This document shows positions 40,378-51,088 of a stretch of DNA of 64,000 nt, piece after piece. The DNA comes from Octopus vulgaris. Lineage: Eukaryota. Both the position numbers and the translations under genes were made by a program. The stretch's first letter is position 1. Each line of letters begins with the position of its first letter. The stretch covers positions 10,788,001-10,852,000 of the forward strand of contig CATOCA020000001.1 of the NCBI GenBank assembly GCA_951406725.2, given 5' to 3'. The notes below the pieces were generated by a model. That model saw nothing but the letters and a program-made list of their open reading frames with translations, did not search any database and was not told the origin of the DNA.

Positions 40378-40654
40378 GAGAGAGAGAGACTTTTAGGGGG
40401 GCCAACCAGATCGACCCATCTCAAGTGTAACTGCCCGAGATGGTCGTGAAATCTGGGACCTGACTGAGGAAAGAAAGCCACGAAAGAGCCGTCTTTTTTT
40501 GCCTGTCCTTCTAATCGGTGTTACTCCTGCCCGCCTTTCTATCGTCTAACAGTCCGAATCTTTCATTGTCTTCTATTGCGTTTTTTTACCATTTATATAT
40601 GTATGTGTGTGTGTATGAGTGTGAGAGTGTGTATGTGTGTGTGTATGAGTGTGT

Positions 40655-40692
<38 letters not shown>

Positions 40693-41060
40693 CTATCTAT
40701 CAATCTATTTATAGAAGTTTCTATTTGTTTATCTGTCTAATTATTATTCGATTTATCTCTCTCTCTTTCTCTATTTCTTTCATTTTCTTTCCCTCTCTCT
40801 CTGTTCCACACATTCTTTTTTCTCTCTCTTTTTCTCTCCTTCTGTCTTTTCTCTTCCTCTCTCTCTTTATCTCTCTCTCTCTTCGTGCTGCTATTTTTAG
40901 TGTGGTGTTGCTGTTTGTAGGACCTTTAATTATTAATTAATGAGGCTTTACCTTATGGGATTGTTTTTACGCATGCTTGCCACCTGATATTATTGGAAGC
41001 AATAATATCCTTATATAGATATATATACATACATATATATATACATACATATAAATACAT

Positions 41061-41111
<51 letters not shown>

Positions 41112-43097
41112 CTAATACACAGGTGTGTATAGAAGAATATATTATTAAACATGGTACATGGCATATGTAGGTGTGACAGCAACCCAGGAATCACTCTTAT
41201 CTACTAGGCGTTTTCCCGAAGCAACACCCACTGAATTCTCAGGGATCCCCAAAACGATCTGAGCGTTACTCCTAAGAGATGCCTCTCGTCAGCTAACGAT
41301 ATGGCGTTGTATCATGTACTGATAGAAAGACTGACGCAGAAAATTACGGAGTTTGGTGTGGTGATACAAAGTCTGAGAACGAAGCCAACCTTGGGTACAT
41401 ATGTTTGTTTGATTTTTTGTGTTTTACTTAGGGTGTTGTGGTCGACGTTGTTGTTTGCCCTGATCGTAGTTTTGCACAAAGTCATTCCAACTCTAGCCAT
41501 CTAATTCTATTGAATCATATAAGATTTTTGTCTCACGTTTCAGCTGCTATCCGAAAAGCATACACAATGAAATACCCGTTTGAAATAATTCTCTATTTTA
41601 TTTAAAACGAGAGTGGCAGTAATTTTCCTTGATGTTTGTGATTGGCTGAAATTCTTTAATATCTGGAAAAATAAATCTATTTTCCAGCTATTCACCATTC
41701 CTACACGTCAAGTATTGAAATGGTGTATGTGCAACATGAGATGAAGTGTTCTGCGCGCAATACACCTCCCGTTGCAGGATTTGAAATCACAACCCTGTTA
41801 TCGAGAGCAGCACCTTTAACCACGATGTTATGTATTCTCGACTTCTATTATATTACCAAAATGGTATTTTTCATATGTCCTGTCAACACCCAGAGAATAT
41901 TCTTATCTACTTGACACATTTCTAAAACAAACGCCATTTTTTTATCGATTATTGGGATGGCGATATCTGCTCAAAGACACGACCTCATATCTCTAGTTAC
42001 TAAAATGCAAACCCGACGAATTTCCCTCGTTTCCCAGAATATATTTCAGTTGGTTGTAAAGGATGCTTGTTGTTCACTGACGAGAAGACTATGATCAGAG
42101 GTGTTTCCGTCGTGATCATCCCGTCGATTTACATATATTGCAATTGGTGTTGTGTTCTTTCCGTGGTTAAGACGGTAGGGCGTGAGACAATGGAATATCA
42201 TTTTCCCAAATGCTTACGATAGGGCTGATAGCGCAAATATACAAGTAATGGACATTCATTAGTCCTGAAACCTACATCTACAATCATTATTGTAATACAT
42301 CACATGATGTGGATGTTAATTTTCATAGATCTTTCCGATGTATAAGTTCGACCTTTCTATCAAGATGAACCATCAATATATTAAATGACGTCTGGGACTT
42401 CCTTAGGGTCCGTCTACAATACCCACTCACAAGTCTTTGCTCGGACAGAGGCTATAGTATAACAAACTTTCCCAGGTTGCCATGCAGCGAAGCTAAACCT
42501 GGATCTAAGTGCTTACGGTTCAAGTTTCTTACCACATAGCCACGCCTATGCATGTGTGTTTATGTATAAGTCTATATATAGGATGAACAGGACAAACAAA
42601 TGTTTAACTAAGAGTTTTTACATGCGTGTAACAACGTTATGGTTGCTTGGAAAAGAAAAGTAACAAAAATTGATTTATCTATTTGCGTTCTGAGTTCTAT
42701 CCTGTCGAACTCCCATTTGCCTTTCATTTCTCAGAGGTACTGAAGTCCAATTAGTCGACAGTCCACCTTCCCCACAAAACACAACTACTGGCATTCTACC
42801 TAAACCCGAAACCACTTTATAGGTGGCAATCTAGGATTTTAGGCCGAAGAATTGCTACGCGGTGTCATATGTAATCATGTATGGTATATAAAGATGCATG
42901 AGGATATATATACATACACAAACACGCACAAATATGTGTGCGTGTATGAGTGTGTGTGCATATGAGTGTGTGTATGTATGTACGTTTGTATATATATATA
43001 TATTGATTTCACTTTTTCAATATCAGCGACAGTGGGCGCTGGAAAAAGTATAAGTATTTGTGAAGGAAATCTAATTCTCGGCGACAACTATGATTGT

Positions 43098-43142
43098 CAC
43101 ACGCTGACGAGAGGTCAATACCTCGAAACTCGAGTCCGTGTG
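43098..43142 (+). ncRNA. Type I hammerhead ribozyme, copy 1 (predicted cleavage after C43136)
   Basis: CACACG-CUGACGA-GAGG(UCAAUA)CCUC-GAAA-C(UCGA)G-UC-CGUGUG. Full catalytic core, G10.1-C11.1 pair, GUC cleavage triplet, 6-bp stem I. Confidence 0.92.
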
Positions 43143-43450
43143 TATCATAAGTTGAAGACGGGAAGGATGACTTCCCTTTGCAAATACTGACAGGACACAG
43201 ATAGTGTGTCTATGGCCAGCTGGAGGAGTGTGTCCTCCTGGGGCTAAAAACTACAGTAGCATCCACCCTTAGGGGTTAGCCATATTGAAATGGCAAAAAT
43301 ACGTCACGATGTGTTACCGCTACTGTATATAACTCACTTTGATATTTATCATTGTTTGATTTCACTTTTTCAATATCAGCGACAGTGGGCGCTGGAAAAA
43401 GTATAAGTATTTGTGAAGGAAATCTAATTCTCGGCGACAACTATGATTGT

Positions 43451-43495
43451 CACACGCTGACGAGAGGTCAATACCTCGAAACTCGAGTCCGTGTG
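43451..43495 (+). ncRNA. Type I hammerhead ribozyme, copy 2 (cleavage after C43489)
   Basis: Identical to copy 1. Confidence 0.92.
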
Positions 43496-43803
43496 TATCA
43501 TAAGTTGAAGACGGGAAGGATGACTTCCCTTTGCAAATACTGACAGGACACAGAAAGTGTGTCTATGGCCAGCTGGAGGAGTGTGTCCTCCTGGGGCTAA
43601 AAACTATAGTAGCATCCACCCTTAGGGGTTAGCCATATTGAAATGGCAAAAATACGTCACGATGTGTTACCGCTACTGTATATAACTCACTTTGATATTT
43701 ATCATTGTTTGATTTCACTTTTTCAATATCAGCGACAGTGGGCGCTGGAAAAAGTATAAGTATTTGTGAAGGAAATCTAATTCTCGCCGACAACTATGAT
43801 TGT

Positions 43804-43848
43804 CACACGCTGACGAGAGGTCAATACCTCGAAACTCGAGTCCGTGTG
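43804..43848 (+). ncRNA. Type I hammerhead ribozyme, copy 3 (cleavage after C43842)
   Basis: Identical to copy 1. Confidence 0.92.
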
Positions 43849-44155
43849 TATCATAAGTTGAAGACGGGAAGGATGACTTCCCTTTGCAAATACTGACAGG
43901 ACACAGATAGTGTGTCTATGGCCAGCTGGAGGAGTGTGTCCTCCTGGGGCTAAAAACTACAGTAGCATCCACCCTTAGGGGTTAGCCATATTGAAATGGC
44001 AAAAATACGTCACGATGTGTTACCGCTACTGTATATAACTCACTTTGATATTTATCATTGTTTGATTTCACTTTTTCAATATCAGCGACAGTGGGCGCTG
44101 GAAAAAGTATAAGTATTTGTGAAGGAAATCTATTCTCGCCGACAACTATGATTGT

Positions 44156-44200
44156 CACACGCTGACGAGAGGTCAATACCTCGAAACTCGAGTCCGTGTG
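44156..44200 (+). ncRNA. Type I hammerhead ribozyme, copy 4 (cleavage after C44194)
   Basis: Identical to copy 1. Confidence 0.92.
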
Positions 44201-44366
44201 TATCATAAGTTGAAGACGGGAAGGATGACTTCCTTTGCAAATACTGACAGGACACAGATAGTGTGTCTATGGCCAGCTGGAGGAGTGTGTCCTCCTGGGG
44301 CTAAAAACTACAGTAGCATCCACCCTTAGAGGTTAGCCATATTGAAATGGCAAAAATACGTCACTA

Positions 44367-44397
<31 letters not shown>

Positions 44398-44476
44398 GAA
44401 TGTATATGTGAGCGTGTGTCTACATGTATGTGAATACATGCACAAGTGTACGAGGCGAAACATCCAAACACACACA

Positions 44477-44566
<90 letters not shown>

Positions 44567-44911
44567 TATATAAATGCTTATATATGTATTCATAGGCATT
44601 TAGATATATACACACACATAAGCACACACATATATCAATGTGTATACTTTTTCTTTAATTCTTTTACTTGTTGAAGTCATTTGCCTGCGCCCATGCTGGA
44701 GCACAATATCATAAGCCTTCAAGCCCAATACATTGACATCAGGGATTATTCTTTGTAAGCCAAGTACTTATTTTATTGGCCTCTTTTGCCGAACCGCAAT
44801 GTTAAGGAGGGGGCGTAAAAACCTGCTGTAAGTTATGAAAGGGTAACAAACATAGTCGCGAAGACAGACACACACATACACAAACAAACAAACTCACACA
44901 CACTTATGCAT

Positions 44912-45003
<92 letters not shown>

Positions 45004-47426
45004 CGAACTTCTTTCGGTTTTTCCGTCTACCAAATCCACTCGTACGGCTTTGGTCAGCCCGAGGCTATAGTAGAAGACACTTTCCCAAATTGCCATGCAG
45101 TGAAACTGAACCTGGATCTATCTGCTTGCGAACCATATATCTTACCACATAGCCACGCCTATGCATGTGTGTTTATGTATAAGTCTTTATACAGGATGAA
45201 CAAGACAAACAAATATTTAAATAATAATTCTGACGTGCAGGTAACAATGTTATGGTTGCTTAGGAACCAAATGCTCACCGACAAATGATAGTCAGGAACA
45301 AAGTTATTCTATTAAGTTCCGTAGTATTAGAAAGATAGAGAGAGAGGGGAAAATAAATCATATATATGTGTGTGTGTGTATATAAATGAAAACTCTTAAA
45401 AGAAATGTAATAAAAATTGGTTTACCTTTATAACGCCGACTCCAAATATTACTTCAGTTTCAAATTTTTTACTGAAATTAAAAGTTGTATCCACTTATCT
45501 GAATATTCTATTGCCTCATATAAATTTTTTGTCTCACCTTCCAGCTTCTATCCGAAATGCATACTGAATGAAATATCCTGTTGTAATAATTCTCTATATT
45601 TTTTAAACGAGAGTGGCAGTATTTTCCCTTGATGTATGTGATTGGCTGAAATACTTTAATATCCGGAAAATAAATCCATATTCCAGCTAGTCACCATTCC
45701 TACACGTCAAGTGTTGAAATGGTCGCTGTGTAACATAAGATGAAGTGTTCTGCGCACAATACACCACTCGTCCCAGGATCTGAAATCATGACCTTAATCA
45801 CGATTTCCTGTGTCCTCGACTTCAATTATATTACCAAAATGGTATTTTTCATATGTCCTGGCAACACCCAGAGAATATTCTTATCTACTTGACACATTTC
45901 TAAAACAAACGCCATTGTTTTAGAGGTCATGATCATCCCGTCGATTTACTTACATCGTATTGTGTGTTCTATTCTTTCCGTGGTTAAGACGGTAGGGTGT
46001 GAGACAGTAGAATATCATTGTCTCAAATGCTTACGATAGGGCTGATAGCGCAAATGAGTAAGAAAGACATGGTTCCGGGTTCAGTCCCGTTGCGAGAGAG
46101 CTTGGCTGAGTGTCTTCTGCTATAGCCTAGGGCCGACCAAAACGATGTGAGTAGATTTCATAGATGGCAACTCAAATAAGCCCGTCGTATGTGTGTGTGT
46201 AAATTTTTTAGTCTTTATTTGTCCGTCCACCATCCCTTGACAACCGATGTTGGTGTGCTTACGTCCCTGTAACCTAGCGGTTCTGTAAAAGAAACTGATA
46301 GAATAATTAATAGGCTTACAAAGATTAAGTCCTAGGGTCGATTTGTTCAACTAAAGGCGGAGCTCCAACATGGCCGCAGCCAAATGACTGAAACAAGTAA
46401 AAGAATAGTCACGATGGGCTTCTTTCAGTTTCCATCTAGAAAATCCACTCCTGAAGATTTTGAGAGTTCAATGGCTACAGTAGAAGACATGTGCGTGGTG
46501 AGCCACGCAGTGGAAATGAACCCGAAACCAGATTTGGAAGCAAGCATCTAACCACACAGCCGCGCCTAAACATGCCCCCTACACATTCAATCCAAGGAAA
46601 CACGCATAAAGATGAGACACTCTCCAAGCCGTTCACTTTATAATTTGCTAAAACCATTAACATGGTGTCCATTAGTGAGTAATGCTGTGTTTTGTTTTAT
46701 TTCTCCTACACATTGATTTCAAATTTTGGCACAACACCAGCAATTTCGGGAGAGGGAGTAAGTTGATTACATCGACCCCAGTACATAACTGATATTGATT
46801 TCATCGACCCCGAAAGGATAAAAGGCAAAGACAACCTCGGCGGAATATTTCTACTTAATATTTAATATCATTACGTTCATGCATTTTTGAAATTGGGTGT
46901 TAAAACAGAAATTCTTCTATTTGGAGATGGTTCTCTCTTGCCAATGAAGCACGCGCAATATATATTTGATCTTCACTTTATTATTATTATTATTGTTGTT
47001 GTTATTATTGGTACGCTGGGCGAAACGCTTAGAAGTATTTCGACTGCCAAAAGGCGGTGAGCTGGCAGAAACGTTAGCACGTCGGGCGAAATGCTTTGCA
47101 GAATTTCGTCTGTGGTTACGTTCTGAGTTCAAATTCCGCCGAGGTCGACATTGCCTTTCATCCATTCGGGGACGATTAAATAAGTACCAGTTACACACTT
47201 GGGTCGATATAATCGACTTAATCCGTTTGTCTGTCCATGTTTGTCCTCTCTGTGTTTAGCCCTTTGTGGGCAGTAAAGAAATAGGTATTTCGTCTCTCAC
47301 TACGTTCTGAGTTCAAATTCCACCGAGGTTGACTTTGCCTTTCATCCTTTCGGGGACGATAAATTAAGTAACAGTTACAACTGGGATCGATGTAATGGAC
47401 TTGTCCTTCTGCTTCCAGTAGACAGG

Positions 47427-47536
<110 letters not shown>

Positions 47537-47801
47537 CATTATTGTTATTATTATTAAGGCGGAGAGCTGGCAGAATCGTTAGCACGCCGGGCAAAATGCT
47601 TGGTGGTATTTCATCCATCATTAGTTTCTGAGTTCAAATACCCCTGAGGTCAACTTAGAATTTCATCATTTCGAGGTCTATAATTTAAATGCCAGTTAAG
47701 AACTAGGGGCTATGTAATAAACTAACTCACCCCCAAAAATATTTCAGGACTTGTGCCTATAGTAGGAACGACTGTTATTATTGTTATTATTATTTTTGTG
47801 A

Positions 47802-47916
<115 letters not shown>

Positions 47917-48068
47917 CATTAGTTTATTTAAATTCTTTCGTCTCACATAATATGATCTCCTCGGCGTCTCTCTGCTCCACCTGTTTCTTCTTATTCCACT
48001 TATTCTCTATTAAAATTATTAAATGTCTACTTATCTACTGTTTGTCAAGTGGATTGTTTATCAAATAA

Positions 48069-48119
48069 TTTATACTCGGAACAATTGTACATATTTCCCT
48101 GGTTAAAACGGAATTTCCC
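48069..48119 (-). promoter_or_regulatory. Candidate kappaB + TATAAA module, copy 3
   Basis: Same motifs and spacing. Confidence 0.35.
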
Positions 48120-48362
48120 ACTTGGTGCAGCTACGTAATTTAGTAAGTGTTTGCAAGTGCTATGAAACTTGGGAAGCGGATTTTGAACGACGCAAATGTC
48201 TCGTTTGACAAATGCAAGTTGATTTTTGCATCAAAAATTCGGACAAGGAGTAGACGGAGTGGGTAGCGAAGGTCGGTGGAGGGTGTTGAAACCCTTTCTG
48301 GTGGGAGGAGGAAAAAAGACGAATGAATACACGTACACACACACACACGCGCGCGCGCGCAC

Positions 48363-48400
<38 letters not shown>

Positions 48401-48640
48401 ATAGAGAGAGACTTTTATGGGGGCAACCAGATCGACCCATCTCAAGTGTAACTGCCCGAGATGGTCGTGACTTCTGGGACTTGACTGAGGAAAGAAAGCC
48501 ACGAATGAGCCATCTTTTTTTTGCCTGTCCTTCTAATCGGTGTTTCTCCTGTCCGCCTTTCTATCGTCTAACAGACCGAATCTTTCATTGTCTTCTATTG
48601 CGTTTTTTTACCATTTATATATGTATGTGTGTGTGTATGA

Positions 48641-48674
<34 letters not shown>

Positions 48675-48821
48675 CTATCTATCAATCTATTTATAGAAGT
48701 TTCTATTTGTTTATCTGTCTAATTATTATTCGATTTATCTCTCTCTTTCTCTATTTCTTTCATTTTCTTTCCCTCTCTCTCTGTTCCCCACTTTCTTTTT
48801 CTCTCCTTCTGTCTTTCTCTC

Positions 48822-48864
<43 letters not shown>

Positions 48865-49034
48865 GTTGCTATTTTTAGTGTGCTGGTGCTTCTTGTAGGA
48901 CCTTTAATTATTAATTAATGAGGCTTTACCTTATGGGATTGTTTTTACGCATGCTTGCCACCTGATATTATTGGAAGCAATAATATCCTTATATATATAT
49001 ATAGATATATATATACATACATACATATATATAC

Positions 49035-49090
<56 letters not shown>

Positions 49091-49104
49091 GCATATAAAT
49101 ACAT

Positions 49105-49151
<47 letters not shown>

Positions 49152-51024
49152 CTAATACACAGGTGTGTATAGAAGAATATATTATTAAACATGGTATATG
49201 ACATATGAAGGTGTGACAGCAACCCAGGAATCACTCTTATCTACTAGGCGTTTTACTGAACCAACACCCACTGAAGTTTCATGGATCCCAAAACGATCTG
49301 AGCGTTACTCCTAAGAGATGTCTCTTGTCAGCTAACGATATGGCGTTGCATCATGTAATGATAGAAAGACTGACGCAGAAAATTCCGGAGTTTGGTGTGG
49401 TGATACAAAGTCTGAGAACGAAGCCAACCTTAGGTACATATGTTTGTTTGATCTTTTGTGTTTTACTTAGGATGTTGTGGTCGACGTTGTTGTTTGCCCT
49501 GATCGTAGTTTTGCACAAAGTCATTCCAACTCTAGCTATCTAATTCTATTGAATCATATAAGATTTTTGTCTCACGTTTCAGCTGCTATCCGAAAAGCAT
49601 ACACAATGAAGTACCCGTTTGAAATAATTCTCTATTTTATTTAAAACGAGAGTGGCAGTAATTTTCCTTGATGTTTGTGATTGGCTGAAATTCTTTAATA
49701 TCTGGAAAATAAATCTATTTTCCAGCTATTCACCATTCCTACACGTCAAGTATTGAAATGGTGTCCGTGCAACATGAGATGAAGTGTTCTGCGCGCAATA
49801 CACCTCCCGTTGCAGGATTTGAAATCACAACCTTGTTATCGAGAGCAGCACCTTTAACCACGATGTTATGTATTCTCGACTTCTATTATATTACCAAAAT
49901 GGTATTTTTCATATGTCCAGGCAACACCCAGAGAATATTCTTATCTACTTGACACATTTCTAAAACAAACGCCATTGTTTTTATCGATTATTGGGATGGC
50001 GATATCTGCTCAAAGACACGACCTCATCTCTCGAGTAACTAAAATGCAAACCGGACGAATTTCCCTCGTTTCCCAGAATATATTTCAGTTGGTTGTAAAG
50101 GATGCTTGTTGTACACTGACAAGAAGACTATGATCAGAGGCGTTTCCGTCGTGATCATCCCGTCGATTTACATATATTGCAATTGGTGTTGTGTTCTTTC
50201 CGTTGTTAAGACGGTAGGGCGTGAGACAATGGAATATCATTGTCTCAAATGCTTACGATAGGGCTGATAGCGCAAATATACAAGTAATGGACATTCATTA
50301 GTCCTGAAACCTACATCTACAATCATTATTGTAATACATCACATGATGTGGATGTTAATTTTCATAGATCTTTCCGATGTATAAGTTCGACCTTTCTATC
50401 AAGATGAACCATCAATATATTAAATGACATCTGGGACTTCCTTAGGGTCCGTCTACAATACCCACTCACAAGTCTTTGCTCGGACAGAGTCTATAGTATA
50501 ACAAACTTTCCCAGGTTGCCATGCAGCGAAGCTAAACCTGGATCTAAGTGCTTACGGTTCAAGTTTCTTACCACATAGCCACGCCTATGCATGTGTGTTT
50601 ATGTATAAGTCTATATATAGGATGAACAGGACAAACAAATGTTTAACTAAGAGTTTTTACATGCGTGTAACAACGTTATGGTTGCTTGGAAAAGAAAAGT
50701 AACAAAAATTGATTTATCTATTCGCGTTCTGAGTTCTATCCTGTCGAACTCCCATTTGCCTTTCATTTCTCAGAGGTACTGAAGTCCAATTAGTCGACAG
50801 TCCACCTTCCCCACAAAACACAACTACTGGCATTCTACCTAAACCCGAAACGACTTTATAGGTGGCAATCTAGGATTTTAGGCCGACGAATTGCTACGCG
50901 GTGACATATGTAATCATGTATGGTATATAAAGATGCATAGGATATATATACATACAGAAACACGCACAAATATGTGTGCGTGTATGAGTGTGTGTGCATA
51001 TGAGTGTGTGTATGTATGTACGTT

Positions 51025-51088
<64 letters not shown>

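Larger units (their letters stand above)
43003..44364 (+). mobile_element. Tandem array (~3.9 x 353 bp) of a hammerhead-ribozyme-containing repeat; probable non-LTR retrozyme
   Basis: Period 353/353/352 bp with near-identical units, each holding a type I hammerhead. Flanked by (TA)n on both sides. Absent from the paralogous (TA)n sites at ~51027-51084 and ~60428-60463. Confidence 0.88.

Noticed and set aside
40460-40495. CTGAGGA...CGAAAG...GTC resembling a hammerhead core
   Set aside because: No stem II pairing, and the other copies have GAAT instead of GAAA.
41230-41380. U3 snoRNA-like words (TCAGGGATC, CTGAGCGT, AGTCTGAG)
   Set aside because: Spacing, box C/C' and the terminal stem do not fit U3, and the motif is not kept in all copies.
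43352-43896. Repeated 63-aa ORF MFDFTFSISATVGAGKSISICEG...
   Set aside because: Non-ATG start, frameshifted in unit 4, and overlaps the hammerhead. The RNA structure explains the conservation, and the GAGKS resemblance to a P-loop is likely coincidental.
43003-44364. CRISPR-like array
   Set aside because: Units are identical with no unique spacers, there are no cas genes, and the context is eukaryotic.
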